Origin: Candidatus Cloacimonadales bacterium
GTDB taxonomy: Bacteria; Cloacimonadota; Cloacimonadia; Cloacimonadales; JAFGVF01
NCBI GenBank assembly: GCA_963677495.2
Contig: CAXXOU010000003.1
Coordinates: 288,001-352,000, forward strand
Reading direction: 5' to 3'
DNA length: 64,000 nt
Shown here: in pieces, positions 40,387 through 51,233 of the stretch
How the letters are laid out: each line of letters begins with the position of its first letter
Numbering within the stretch: position 1 is the first letter of the stretch
Notes under the pieces: generated by a model
What the model was told of the DNA's origin: nothing
Database searches by the model: none
The model's input: the letters and a program-made list of their open reading frames with translations, nothing else
Made by a program: the position numbers and the translations under genes

Positions 40387-42390
40387 ATGGCAGAAGAACA
40401 AAAAAACACGCAACCCATTCAAGAGCAGTCAAGTAGATTTGTTTTAGATAGGAAGGTATTAATTACCTCCTTTTTCAAGAATTTTAAGCTGATTGTAATC
40501 ATCACATTAGCAGTCATGTTTTTGGCTGCACTTTTCTCTATTATATTTGTGAGACCTATATGGAAGGCAGATTGTTACTTGATTCGTTACAGTAAAAATA
40601 TGGCTACACCGGATGATTTGCCATACCTTTATCAGACTTTTGATATTAATACTATTCTGGAAACCATGAAAACTAGAGATGTTATGTTGTCTGCAATTGA
40701 TAAGTTAGACCTTTCAATGTCTCCTGAGCAGTTATCACGATCCGTGATTCCAAAGCGTGGAGGCAGATCGAACATCCTTATCTATTCTGTTCAATATTCG
40801 GATGCTGATTCTGCTGCAATCTTAGCAAATACTCTTGCTCAATGTTTTATTGATAATACTACGAAACTGCAAAATTCTTCTGTAAATAAAATCTACGATT
40901 ACTACATTGACCAGAGAAGAAGAACTAAGAATAAAATTGATAGTCTGGAAATAGAGATGGAGAAGTTCAGAACTCGATATGGTATAATAGATATAGAGAA
41001 TGAAACAGAAGCTAAATTCCAGCAATTAAATCAGATAGAACTTGAACAAACCAAAAATAAGCTTTCAATGACTGAGATGCGAACCAAAATTGAAGAGCTT
41101 GGGAATATCATGGACGAAGTTCCTGAAGAGATCATGATTGGTTGGGTGTATAATGGTTCTGAGGAACTGAAGTTATTGCAATTGAAAAAGGAACTTGATG
41201 TTTTAAGAACAAGATACACCGATGAAAATCCGAAAGTCAAAAAAGCTCTATATGAGATTCAAGAATTACAAAGAAGAATCATAGATGGTAATAAATATCC
41301 TGAAATACCGGATGAGACTAGTTGGGGACCAAACAACCTATTACAGTCATTCGAAGGTGACATTGCTCGTTATCAGGGAGAATTGAGTGCTGCGACTCAG
41401 TTGCAGGATGATTATGAATCAGATATAAGAAGGTTGAAGCGTGGTCTAAGGGATTTGAACTATCTCCAGAAGACATATTTTGAATTGAAGCGATTACTCG
41501 ACTTGAATAGGGATATACTTAGGATTATTGAAGGAAGAATTTCTGAATCCAAAATGGCTATGGATTCAAACACAAGTGACTTTGATATCCTTGAACCAGC
41601 CAAAACTCCTCCTTGGCCACAGGGTTTGAATAAAAAGATTATCGTTTTAGGAACAGGTATCTTTATTTTTGCTCTGATGGTTGTGATTGTTATTGGTAGA
41701 GAGGTATTGGACTTCACAGTTAAATCAGCTGTTGATGTTTACGACTTTGTTAATATTCCTGTAATTGGCATGATTCCAAATGAAGAATCTGTTTCCTCAG
41801 AGATCTTCTATAAAAGTATACAATCGACGATGGCAGATGTTATAGAACGAACATCAGACTTCCATCCTGCTATAGTAACATATGGATCGGTTATAGCTGA
41901 AAGCGGAAAATCATTCTTAATCCAAGAGATGATTAACTTGCTATTAGATAATAATAAGAAAGTGCTATATATAGATTCAATCAATGCTGTGACGGAAGAA
42001 ATTATGCCATATGTTGTAAATCCTGCTATATACAATAGTGATGTAAATGTAGCATTTAATGAACTATCTGAGAATCTTAGCAAAGGTTATTTCTACTTAG
42101 AAGAGAACCTTAACAGAAAGATTATCAGTAACGAGAATATGATTAATTTCTTCAGACAAGTATCTAAATTTGACTACGTAGTTTGGGAGCTCTTTGAATA
42201 TAGCCAGAATTCATATGTATTTGGTTCTATCGCTTCTACATCAGATATGCTGATAATGGTTAATAGATTCAGATTTACTAATAAATTCCAACTTAGATCG
42301 GTTGTTGATCAACTGAAAGAGAAGGGTATTGATAACATATGCAGTATAATCAACTTCATCGATAAGGAGTACTACAATGATAAAATGTAA
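40387..42390 (+). CDS. Polysaccharide co-polymerase / Wzc-like chain-length protein
   Basis: Two TMs flanking a coiled coil (RYTDENPKV); degenerate Walker A (AESGKS) cytoplasmic domain. Confidence 0.85.
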   Translation: MAEEQKNTQPIQEQSSRFVLDRKVLITSFFKNFKLIVIITLAVMFLAALFSIIFVRPIWKADCYLIRYSKNMATPDDLPYLYQTFDINTILETMKTRDVMLSAIDKLDLSMSPEQLSRSVIPKRGGRSNILIYSVQYSDADSAAILANTLAQCFIDNTTKLQNSSVNKIYDYYIDQRRRTKNKIDSLEIEMEKFRTRYGIIDIENETEAKFQQLNQIELEQTKNKLSMTEMRTKIEELGNIMDEVPEEIMIGWVYNGSEELKLLQLKKELDVLRTRYTDENPKVKKALYEIQELQRRIIDGNKYPEIPDETSWGPNNLLQSFEGDIARYQGELSAATQLQDDYESDIRRLKRGLRDLNYLQKTYFELKRLLDLNRDILRIIEGRISESKMAMDSNTSDFDILEPAKTPPWPQGLNKKIIVLGTGIFIFALMVVIVIGREVLDFTVKSAVDVYDFVNIPVIGMIPNEESVSSEIFYKSIQSTMADVIERTSDFHPAIVTYGSVIAESGKSFLIQEMINLLLDNNKKVLYIDSINAVTEEIMPYVVNPAIYNSDVNVAFNELSENLSKGYFYLEENLNRKIISNENMINFFRQVSKFDYVVWELFEYSQNSYVFGSIASTSDMLIMVNRFRFTNKFQLRSVVDQLKEKGIDNICSIINFIDKEYYNDKM

Positions 42391-43447
42391 ACTCCAAAGC
42401 CTAATAATAGTATTAATTGCTTTAGTCACTGTTTCATGCTCTGTAAAAGACTCTCAGATTGATATATTCTCTAACTATAAAGAGGAAAACATAAAAGTTC
42501 CTGAAGACTACTTAGAAGAGATGCAGTTTAAAGGTGCTTTACCAAAGGAAGCTTTACAGGAACTGGAAAGATTACAAAAGGTTAAGCGACCTGTTTATAA
42601 GGTTGGACCTAATGATAAGTTCAACTTTAGAGTTTATGGAGAAGATGATTTAGCAAGAGATAATATTATAGTTAAACTTGATGGTACTGTCACAATTCCA
42701 CTGGCTGGAGATGTCCATGTGGAAGGGTTAACCATGAATGATGCAATCGCTAAAATAGAGAAGCAACTTGGCATATATATTAAATTTCCAAGAGTTATGT
42801 TCGAACCTTGGGAGATGACAAGTGCTCATGTAACTGTACTTGGCAAAGTAGATTATCCGAATACTTATGAGATTACAGGAAATATGCGACTTGCTGATGT
42901 TATAGCAAAAGCCGGTGGTCCCAAACTCGGATTCTTTCAAAATAATACTACAGAATTAGCTGATCTTGAAAGAGCATATATTGTAAGAAACAACAAAGTT
43001 CTACCTGTAGATTTTCAAGAGTTGATAGATAATGGTAATATGCTTCATAATATTCCGGTATTAGATGGAGACTATATCTATCTACCATCTGCGATTAATA
43101 AAGAAGTTTATGTTATAGGTGAGGTTCTTCAGCAAGGTCACTTCGCATACAAACTAAACATGACCTTAATGCAAGCAGTTGCTTTTGCGGAAGGTTTTAC
43201 TATTAATGCTAAGAGCCAGGTTTTTGTTTTACGAGGTGGTCTACATCACCCTAGAATTTATAGAATAGATACTAGAGCTATTCTACAAGCAAAAATCATG
43301 GATTTCCCACTTAAACCTAATGATATTGTTTATGTCCCAAGAACTCCACTAGCTACATGGAACCAAGTTCTTGCGATGGTAACTCCTTCATTACAAGCTG
43401 TACAGACTACCTGGTTATTGAATGATATGATTAACGGAGATAACTAA
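42377..43447 (+). CDS. Polysaccharide export lipoprotein (Wza-like, SLBB domains)
   Basis: Lipobox VTVSC; YKVGPNDKF, DGTVTIPLAG, VYVIGEV, LKPNDIVYVP. Confidence 0.9.
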   Translation: MIKCKLQSLIIVLIALVTVSCSVKDSQIDIFSNYKEENIKVPEDYLEEMQFKGALPKEALQELERLQKVKRPVYKVGPNDKFNFRVYGEDDLARDNIIVKLDGTVTIPLAGDVHVEGLTMNDAIAKIEKQLGIYIKFPRVMFEPWEMTSAHVTVLGKVDYPNTYEITGNMRLADVIAKAGGPKLGFFQNNTTELADLERAYIVRNNKVLPVDFQELIDNGNMLHNIPVLDGDYIYLPSAINKEVYVIGEVLQQGHFAYKLNMTLMQAVAFAEGFTINAKSQVFVLRGGLHHPRIYRIDTRAILQAKIMDFPLKPNDIVYVPRTPLATWNQVLAMVTPSLQAVQTTWLLNDMINGDN

Positions 43448-43498
43448 CTCTCTTTGTTATTGGTATTATAATGATTAAGTCGGTAAGGGAGGAGAAAA

Positions 43499-44839
43499 TT
43501 GACTGAAGCTTTATCGGCGTATAAGTATGTTTTCTTTTTCCTAGCATTGATAATAGGAGTACCTATTGGGTATAACTATGCTTTGAGACGCCCAATGTTC
43601 GAAAAGATTGTTTTCTTTTTAGCAATTTTTTTTACAGCACGCATGGAAGATATTAATTTCTTCTCACGTGAATGGATGCGTCTTACATCAAAGGGATTTG
43701 AGATAGGAATGGTAGATTTAGCTACGATGATTCTCATTCTTCTTATCATAAAAAGATCCCACATCCATAAGTTACTCATTCCCCCAGGTACAATACTCTA
43801 TGCATTATACTTGTTTTCAAGTATTCTATCTATGCAAAATGCTTCAGATCCACTTTATTCATGGTTTGAAATCTGGAAGATGCTCAGGATGTACGTCTAT
43901 TTCTGGACAATGTACAATTATGTTAGAGATAAAGTGACTCTTAATCTTTTTCTAAGATGCGTGGCAGCCATTACACTTTACGTTTTTTATGAGGTTATTC
44001 GGCAGAAATATATTAACCATCAGTTCCAGGTCGCAGGCCCGTTTCCACATCAGAATTCATTGGTTATGTATATGATAATTTTTGGTTCAATAATCTTTGC
44101 TTATCTCTTAAATAATGATGAACATAGTAGATCAAAAACTATGATATGGATTACTATTTTTGGTATGGCGGCCATTAGTATTATCTCTACCCTTTCAAGA
44201 GCTGGTATGGTTTTATTTGCACTTTCGATTGTTATAGTTCTATTCATGTCTTTCAATGCAGGTTATTCACATAAAAAACTTTTAATTACGCTAATTCTTG
44301 CTTTGTTCAGTATGTTCATCTTACTAAGAGCGTGGGATTCTATCACAGAAAGATTTGAGACTGCTCCGGAAGCATCAGCAAACACAAGAATTGATCTTGC
44401 GATTGCAGCTCAGAAGATGGCAAATGATGAGCGCATGGGTATTGGGCTTAATAATTTTGGTGTAAAGATCAATCCCCCATATAATTATAGTTCACACATA
44501 CCAATGCACGATGAAGAGGACCCGGATGAAAAGAACGGGCTTGTAGAAACAATATATCTAATGATAGCAGCAGAATGTGGATGGCACACTCTTGTCTTCT
44601 TTTTCCTATTCATCTTCTATTTCTATTTCCTCAATTTGAGGAATTACATTCGATATCGGGGACGGCCCTATCAGTTTTTATCAATTGCATTTCTGGGTGG
44701 TTTGATAGCAATCTATCTGGAGTCAGTGTTGGAGTGGGTATTAAAGCAAACAAATAATTTTTACCAACTTATGCTCGTTTTTGCAATTATTGCGATCATG
44801 TATAGGATGGACAAAGAAACTTCGCGTAAGAGGATTTAA
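43499..44839 (+). CDS. O-antigen ligase / Wzy-like polymerase
   Basis: About 12 TM segments; GPFPHQNSL, TLSRAG, GIGLNNF, YLMIAAECG. Confidence 0.85.
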   Translation: MTEALSAYKYVFFFLALIIGVPIGYNYALRRPMFEKIVFFLAIFFTARMEDINFFSREWMRLTSKGFEIGMVDLATMILILLIIKRSHIHKLLIPPGTILYALYLFSSILSMQNASDPLYSWFEIWKMLRMYVYFWTMYNYVRDKVTLNLFLRCVAAITLYVFYEVIRQKYINHQFQVAGPFPHQNSLVMYMIIFGSIIFAYLLNNDEHSRSKTMIWITIFGMAAISIISTLSRAGMVLFALSIVIVLFMSFNAGYSHKKLLITLILALFSMFILLRAWDSITERFETAPEASANTRIDLAIAAQKMANDERMGIGLNNFGVKINPPYNYSSHIPMHDEEDPDEKNGLVETIYLMIAAECGWHTLVFFFLFIFYFYFLNLRNYIRYRGRPYQFLSIAFLGGLIAIYLESVLEWVLKQTNNFYQLMLVFAIIAIMYRMDKETSRKRI

Positions 44840-45237
44840 TGGATAAAGGAAAAGACAGGAAGATCATCGGTTCAACTGATTTTAAGCAGAACCTTTCTCA
44901 TACACAGAGAAAGGAGCTTATGGGATTGTTGAAAAGGATGCTTCCACCTGTTCCATCAAGAGGAATTATCGATATTAGATTCTCGTTTTGGTTCATTAAA
45001 AGATGGTATATTGTTTTCATTTTCGGTGAGGATATCAGAAATAGCTTCCAGGCGCTTGATAAGGGAGATGTAGATAAAGGTATTGTTGCAGTAGCGAAAG
45101 TCTTTACCTATCTATTCTCGACAGTTTTGATTCTTGTTCTAATTTTTATATTGATGTATCTTCTCAAGAGTATTGCAGGAATTGATCTGTTCCCGGATAA
45201 ACATCTTACGGATATTATTAAAGGAGTTACAGGATAA
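44839..45237 (+). CDS. Small membrane protein
   Basis: Coupled ORF; IDIRFSF...YLLKSIAGIDLFP; TM helix. Confidence 0.7.
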   Translation: MDKGKDRKIIGSTDFKQNLSHTQRKELMGLLKRMLPPVPSRGIIDIRFSFWFIKRWYIVFIFGEDIRNSFQALDKGDVDKGIVAVAKVFTYLFSTVLILVLIFILMYLLKSIAGIDLFPDKHLTDIIKGVTG

Positions 45238-46190
45238 TGACAATAGATAAAACGATAGTAACTGCATGCGACTCTAATTATATTTGGGGAGCACTGTTAC
45301 TAATTATGTCGATTAAGAAGTTTAATGTTAAAGTCAAAATTGTAGTGACAGTGTATGACTTTACTGAGGATCAAAAAGAGTTCTTATCTCAATTTCCTGA
45401 TGTTGAAGTTATTGACGGTATTAACCCTGGAAAACAATGCGTATGTGTCATGAAACCTCAAGCGATTTTGGCTGCAAAAACTGATTGGGTTATCTGGATG
45501 GACTCTGATTGTATTGTCACACATGATATAACTGATCTACTAGTTACTTCTCAAGATGGAATTCAAATGAGATTTCGTGAAATAGAAGAAAATGCTACGG
45601 TTTACAGAAACTATTATCAGAAAAGAGATAAGGTAGGATTTATACCAGCTGAAGTATTAGAAACATGGAGAAGTGATGTTGGGGAAAGAGAAAAATCCAG
45701 AATAAAGACTGTAGGCCAGACAAACTGCTTTGTAATTCATAAAGATAATTATCCATTCATCTATAAATGGCAAAGTCAGATGCTGAAAGTTCTACCCGGA
45801 CGTCTTGAGAATGTGTACAATAAGAAGGATAAAGCATATTCAATGACTGATGAATCCGTGTTTAATTCACTCTTTGCATTTGCAAAAGAAGTACCTGAAG
45901 TTTCTAAATATCTTTTAGATGTTGGTAATCCACCATACTTAGTACATTTTGGGTTAGCACAAAAACCATGGACAGGATGGAATTCTAAAACTCTCAAGTA
46001 TTACAACCTAGTTCAAGAACTGTTAGAATGGACTCGCATGGAAGGTTATGCACTTCCTCCAATACCCAAAACTATGCTTAAAGCTAACAAATCTTCAGAA
46101 TATTTGAAAGCATATGTAGGCAGTTTTATCGCAACAGTTAAATACAAAATTTCCACTTTTAGGTATTTTGTTCTAAGGAAGTATAAATAA
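45237..46190 (+). CDS. GT-A fold glycosyltransferase (GT8-like)
   Basis: TACDSNY, WMDSD (DxD), DESVFN, VHF...KPW. Confidence 0.75.
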   Translation: MTIDKTIVTACDSNYIWGALLLIMSIKKFNVKVKIVVTVYDFTEDQKEFLSQFPDVEVIDGINPGKQCVCVMKPQAILAAKTDWVIWMDSDCIVTHDITDLLVTSQDGIQMRFREIEENATVYRNYYQKRDKVGFIPAEVLETWRSDVGEREKSRIKTVGQTNCFVIHKDNYPFIYKWQSQMLKVLPGRLENVYNKKDKAYSMTDESVFNSLFAFAKEVPEVSKYLLDVGNPPYLVHFGLAQKPWTGWNSKTLKYYNLVQELLEWTRMEGYALPPIPKTMLKANKSSEYLKAYVGSFIATVKYKISTFRYFVLRKYK

Positions 46191-47362
46191 TGAAGATTCT
46201 TGTAATTACTAACTACTACCCACCCTTTGCTAAAGGAGGTTATGAGGTATCTTGTAAAGATACTTGCGATTACTTGATAAGAGATAATCAAGTAGTTGTG
46301 TTAAGTGGTAATTATCTTGCTGAAAATGAAGTTGACGAAAAAACTGTACCGGTTTCAGGGATGGTGTTAAGATATTTAAGATATATTGATTATACAACTA
46401 AGGATTACTTTCAAAAGAGTAAAGTTGAGAAATATAATTATAAAGTCACATCTCGTATCCTATCCCAATTCAATCCTGATATTGTATATATTTGGAATCA
46501 ACAAGCTATCTCAATTGCTCCAGCTTTGGCTGTTGAAAATTTGGGTATTCCTAAAGTCTTTGACTTTGGTGATTTCTGGTATAAAAAATACATCTCAAAG
46601 GATAAATCCAAGATGTTAAAACAGTTTGTTAAGAAACTTACTCCTTCAACTATTTCTGGTATACCGAAATGGGATAATGTTATATCAGTTTCTCAATGGA
46701 TGGGGAATCAACTGGAATCCGATTTGAAACCTGCTAGAATAAAAGTCATTCCAAGGGGCTTTTCTCCTGATAGGATAGAGGAATCTAATAAGGATAAAGA
46801 TAAACTTAAGCTGATTTTTTCAGGTAGATTAGATGAAAAGAAAGGGTTACATATCTGTCTTAAAGCTCTTGAAATTCTTATACAGAAACATCCTAGCTTA
46901 AAGTTTCATTTTGACATTTTTGGTGATGGAGATGAAAACTATGTTAGTAAGTGTCTTGATCTTGTTTTTGATTATAAATTAGATGATTACGTTACTTTTA
47001 ACGGACGTACAGATAGCATATTCAAAGAATACGCTAAATCCCATATATTACTTATGCCTACTATGGCTACTGAAACATTTGGAAGAGTCATTATTGAAGG
47101 AATGGCTCACGAGAATGTTGTTATTTCTAGTAATCAGTACGGACCAGCTGAAATAATTGAAGACGGGGTTGATGGATTTTTAATTAATCCGAATGACGCA
47201 GAAACAATGGCTGAGTATATTGATTTATTGAATAGAGATGTTGACAAAAGAAATCTACTGGCACAGAATGCTAAATTAAAGGTGCTAGAGAAATACAATC
47301 TTGAAACTATTAATAAACAGAGAGAAGACATTCTCAAGGAAGAGGTTATTAATCATGCGTAA
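46190..47362 (+). CDS. GT4 glycosyltransferase
   Basis: YYPPFAKGGYE, GRLDEKKG, ETFGRVIIEGMA. Confidence 0.92.
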   Translation: MKILVITNYYPPFAKGGYEVSCKDTCDYLIRDNQVVVLSGNYLAENEVDEKTVPVSGMVLRYLRYIDYTTKDYFQKSKVEKYNYKVTSRILSQFNPDIVYIWNQQAISIAPALAVENLGIPKVFDFGDFWYKKYISKDKSKMLKQFVKKLTPSTISGIPKWDNVISVSQWMGNQLESDLKPARIKVIPRGFSPDRIEESNKDKDKLKLIFSGRLDEKKGLHICLKALEILIQKHPSLKFHFDIFGDGDENYVSKCLDLVFDYKLDDYVTFNGRTDSIFKEYAKSHILLMPTMATETFGRVIIEGMAHENVVISSNQYGPAEIIEDGVDGFLINPNDAETMAEYIDLLNRDVDKRNLLAQNAKLKVLEKYNLETINKQREDILKEEVINHA

Positions 47363-48191
47363 AAAGTTAACCTTACTATTTTTACTTGTTGCAATTCTAT
47401 TGCTGACTTCTTGTTCCAATACAGTTGCTCCATTTAAAAAATCCATGGATATCCATGACGGAACATTTGTTGAAGAAATTACTATCAGAACTTTACCCAC
47501 TAAGGCTATGATATATATTAATGATCGCAAAGTGGGAAAAACTCCATTTCGTACTGAGATAGAATACTCGGAAGAAACTATGCTCAATATTAGAGCTGTA
47601 CCTATTCATGCGAATCAGTGGACCCAGAATCTTTATCTTTCTGTTCCACCTATTCCCGAAATGATGACTATCTACATGAATGTTCCTCCTCAGTTTAAGG
47701 ATTACATGGAAGAAGATGACAGCGAACTTAAACCACCACCAAAGAGAGAACCGATTGTAGTTACCAAAGTTGATACATTGGAGAAAGTTATTGAGCGTAA
47801 AATAGCTTACATTGCTCCTGTTATCTACTTCAAGTTTGATCAAATGGACATTGAGCCAACTCAGGAAGTAAAACTTCAACCCTTCATTGATATGCTGAAA
47901 GCTAACTTAGACCTTAAGGTTGATATCCATGGTTACGCTGACTCTCGTGGTAACATTCCTTACAATAGACAACTCTCTCTTAACCGTGCTGAGAGTGTTA
48001 TGAACTATTTAATCAGAAATGGTATATCTAAAGCACGACTTAGAGTCTTTGCTGATGGTGAAGTAGAAACAGTAAATATAGAAGGCGTTGATCTTGTATA
48101 TCCTGTTAACCGAAGAGTAGAATTTGATCTATTCAGAGGTGAAGATATTCTTAAAACTCATACAGGTATGGAAGATGTTGATAAAGAGTAA
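47355..48191 (+). CDS. PEGA + OmpA-like domain lipoprotein
   Basis: MRKKLTLL...LTSC lipobox; IYINDRKVGKTP (PEGA); IHGYADSRG..YNRQLSLNRA, NRRVEF (OmpA-like). Confidence 0.88.
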   Translation: MRKKLTLLFLLVAILLLTSCSNTVAPFKKSMDIHDGTFVEEITIRTLPTKAMIYINDRKVGKTPFRTEIEYSEETMLNIRAVPIHANQWTQNLYLSVPPIPEMMTIYMNVPPQFKDYMEEDDSELKPPPKREPIVVTKVDTLEKVIERKIAYIAPVIYFKFDQMDIEPTQEVKLQPFIDMLKANLDLKVDIHGYADSRGNIPYNRQLSLNRAESVMNYLIRNGISKARLRVFADGEVETVNIEGVDLVYPVNRRVEFDLFRGEDILKTHTGMEDVDKE

Positions 48192-48194
48192 TTA

Positions 48195-49763
48195 ATGAAC
48201 GAATCCGGCTTACGTAAAAGATTAATAGTAAACACCCTTTCAAACTATATTAAAATGCTCATGAGGATGGTTATTACCATCTTCATGACCAGAGCCATAG
48301 TTTTAGGTCTAGATAAAGAGAGCTATGGATACTGGGCACTAATGTGGTCTGTATTCGGATACTCATTGCTTCTAGACTTTGGTTTCGGCGCTTCTATTCA
48401 GAAGTATACAAGTGAAACAATTGTAACTAAGGATTGGGACAAGTTTAATCGAGTTGTAAGTACAGTTTTCTACAACTATGCGTTGCTTGGAATTGTAATT
48501 GTTGCAACTACTTTTATTATTGGTGCTAACCTTGAGCATATTTTCAAGTTTGATGCTGCCAATCAGAGCTATTATTACTTTGTCCTAGTTGTCTTTGGTA
48601 TGGGTACTGCTATCACTTTTCCGTTCGGATTCTTTGCTGAAGTTTTGCGTGGTATGCAAGCACTGCATATCAGAAACATAATTCAAGTTCTCTCTATGAT
48701 TCTTAACTTCATTGGTATAATAATAGCAGTGAAGATGTCAATGCCCCTCTTAAAAATGGCCTTCGTTAGTATTGGGCTAAGCTTGATTACTAACCTTGCA
48801 ATGGCAACTGCCGCTTTCTTCAAACTAAAGAAGATGAGGATTTCTCCAAAGTATTACGATAAATCCATTATGAAACAAGTCATGGGATTTTCTATGTATG
48901 CATACCTCATTACTTTCACTAACTTGATTATTTTTAGAACAGATCAGATGGTTATTTCGATTTTCTCATCTGTTGCTTTAGTAGGAATCTATCAAATAGC
49001 ATCGAGAGTAGCCAGTACATTTAGAGACTTCTCTGCTCAGTTCCTAGAAAACTTGTCTCCGGTTGCTGCCTCTCTTAATGCTGCCGGACATAAGAGTAAG
49101 CTCGCTGAGATTATGCTTCAATCTAATAGATTGATGGGGATTATTTCAACATTGCTTCTAATTCCGCTTCTGGTTTTTGTTAAACCTCTTCTTAAAATCT
49201 GGTTGGAATTGGAAGAACCTATGGGTATTGTAGTTGCTACAATTCTGCTGTTATCAATGTATATCCTGCTTTTCTTTAGAAGTAGTTCAGTTTATATTTT
49301 ACTAATGCTAAATAAGCAGAAAGTACTAACTAAGATTGCTTTGATTGAATGTGTTGCAAACTTGGGCTTAAGCATTCTTTTACTGCATGTTCTCCCATCT
49401 ACTATCACAATTATGGGTTATACGATTCCTCATTTCAATATTGTTGGTGTTGCACTCGGTACTTTCATTCCAAACATAGCATTGGCTTTTGTATATAACA
49501 TTCCTGCTGCAATTAAGTTCTCAGAGCTCAAATTAGTGGAATATTTTAAGATCTCCATATTGAGGACTCTCATCATAGGGGTAATCGTTTTATCTATCGC
49601 TATTGGGCTTTATCACTTTAGCTATCCTGAGACTTTGTTAACTATATTTATCTACTCTTGTATCATTGGTGTCCTTTATCTTATTTTAACATGGTTCATT
49701 GGACTTGAAAAATGGGAGAAGAATCAACTCAAAGGTTTTGCACTGAAAAAACTTAAAAGATAG
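48195..49763 (+). CDS. Wzx-like oligosaccharide flippase
   Basis: 12-14 TM segments; LGLDKESYGYW, LLDFGFG, RTDQMVIS..VGIYQIA. Confidence 0.88.
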   Translation: MNESGLRKRLIVNTLSNYIKMLMRMVITIFMTRAIVLGLDKESYGYWALMWSVFGYSLLLDFGFGASIQKYTSETIVTKDWDKFNRVVSTVFYNYALLGIVIVATTFIIGANLEHIFKFDAANQSYYYFVLVVFGMGTAITFPFGFFAEVLRGMQALHIRNIIQVLSMILNFIGIIIAVKMSMPLLKMAFVSIGLSLITNLAMATAAFFKLKKMRISPKYYDKSIMKQVMGFSMYAYLITFTNLIIFRTDQMVISIFSSVALVGIYQIASRVASTFRDFSAQFLENLSPVAASLNAAGHKSKLAEIMLQSNRLMGIISTLLLIPLLVFVKPLLKIWLELEEPMGIVVATILLLSMYILLFFRSSSVYILLMLNKQKVLTKIALIECVANLGLSILLLHVLPSTITIMGYTIPHFNIVGVALGTFIPNIALAFVYNIPAAIKFSELKLVEYFKISILRTLIIGVIVLSIAIGLYHFSYPETLLTIFIYSCIIGVLYLILTWFIGLEKWEKNQLKGFALKKLKR

Positions 49764-49774
49764 TAGTATAGATA

Positions 49775-50740
49775 ATGCTAAAGATTCATTACTACAAGAA
49801 TCCAGATCCGACTCAAGAACAACTATTTCAAGATAGACTTGGCTCAGGGTTTCGCTTTTCAATCGGTAAAGAACTCCCTTTCGATACAGAAGTACTTATT
49901 TTGGGGTATCCTTCAAAAGAACAGTTAGAATACTGTCACAAATTAAAATACATCCTTATCCCATTTGCAGGAGTTCCCCAAAGAACTAAGGAGTTGCTCC
50001 CTAGCTATCCACACATAAAAGTTCTGAACATTCATCATAATGCTCCTGTTGTTGCGGAAACGGTTGTAGGTTTTATCTTTGCTCTCTCGAAACACATTAT
50101 AAAAGCAAATACCCTATTTAGAGGAAACGATTGGTCTTTCCGTTATGGAGAGAACCCATCCTTTCTCCTGAAGAATAGATCATTATTACTATGTGGGTAC
50201 GGTACAATTGCCCGATATGTAGAATTATTTCTAAAACCCTTCAATATGAAAGTAGGAAAAATTAAAAGAAGGAATATAAACCCTAACAATAACGAGTATC
50301 CTTTATCAGAACTTCGTAGTATTATCGGTAACTACGACATCATTGTAAACTTATTACCCTCTACTTCAGAGACTAAAGGTTGTTTTGATTCAACTGTCTT
50401 TCAAGCAATGAAATCTACGGCTATCTATATCAACACAGGCAGAGCCGATACAGCGGTTGAGGAAGCTCTTTTTGAGGTACTAACCGAAAGGGATATCGGT
50501 GGAGCAGCTCAAGATGTATGGTACAACTATCCCAAAACTGCAGAAGAAAGGACTAATTGTCCTCCTACCAACCTACCTTTCAACACTCTAGATAACTTCA
50601 TTATGAGCCCCCACCGAGCCGGTGGACTCGGTATGCCTGAGAATGAACAGTATAGAGTTGATGAGATAATTAAGGCTATAGAAAGAATAAGTAGCGGAAA
50701 TTGTACTCTCAATGAAATTAACCTTACCGCAGGATATTAA
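49775..50740 (+). CDS. D-isomer-specific 2-hydroxyacid dehydrogenase
   Basis: GYGTIA, INTGRA, DVWYNYP, MSPHRAG. Confidence 0.88.
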   Translation: MLKIHYYKNPDPTQEQLFQDRLGSGFRFSIGKELPFDTEVLILGYPSKEQLEYCHKLKYILIPFAGVPQRTKELLPSYPHIKVLNIHHNAPVVAETVVGFIFALSKHIIKANTLFRGNDWSFRYGENPSFLLKNRSLLLCGYGTIARYVELFLKPFNMKVGKIKRRNINPNNNEYPLSELRSIIGNYDIIVNLLPSTSETKGCFDSTVFQAMKSTAIYINTGRADTAVEEALFEVLTERDIGGAAQDVWYNYPKTAEERTNCPPTNLPFNTLDNFIMSPHRAGGLGMPENEQYRVDEIIKAIERISSGNCTLNEINLTAGY

Positions 50741-50804
50741 CGAAGTAAATAGTTTCAAGTTAAACTACGGAGAGAAGTACAATCAAACTGATAATCTTAC
50801 TAGC

Positions 50805-50945
50805 ACCCCTTCAGGTCTATGTATTGACAGGTTCCTTAAACACCACGCTCACGCATAGGATTAAAAACGAAAGCTACTTCAATGCAGATAGCCTTTGTCA
50901 TGAAATGGAATAAGTTCAATAACCACATTCTTTGGCATGTGGTGA
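50805..50945. repeat. Degenerate hairpin repeat, related to 57842..58020
   Basis: ccacgctcacgcat.gg, catgaaatgg and caata.ccacat.ctttggcatgtggt shared with the 57.9-kb copy. Confidence 0.6.
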
Positions 50946-50997
50946 ATAAATTAACAAAAACCCGGATTCATTCCGGGCATAGTTCAATTATTTTTTT

Positions 50998-51231
50998 TTA
51001 ATCCATAGCTAAGTATTTCAAAAATTCATACTTAACCGGTCCCATTTTTGACAACTCACATGGGAACTCTTTGCAATCAAAGCAAGTTCTAACTCCCTTT
51101 TCTACTGCACAATGCTTAATCTTGCACGGTCCTGTTAGTTTAGGAGTGCATCCCTCTTCTCCATTTGGGCAGATGCCTTTCTGCATCTTTGGACATTTCT
51201 CGCATGCAATACCACATACACTTACTCTCAC
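50998..51231 (-). CDS. Small Cys-rich protein (DUF3795-like)
   Basis: CGIACEKC, C..GC, CKIKHC, CFDCKEFPC. Confidence 0.75.
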   Translation of the reverse strand: MRVSVCGIACEKCPKMQKGICPNGEEGCTPKLTGPCKIKHCAVEKGVRTCFDCKEFPCELSKMGPVKYEFLKYLAMD

Positions 51232-51233
51232 AA

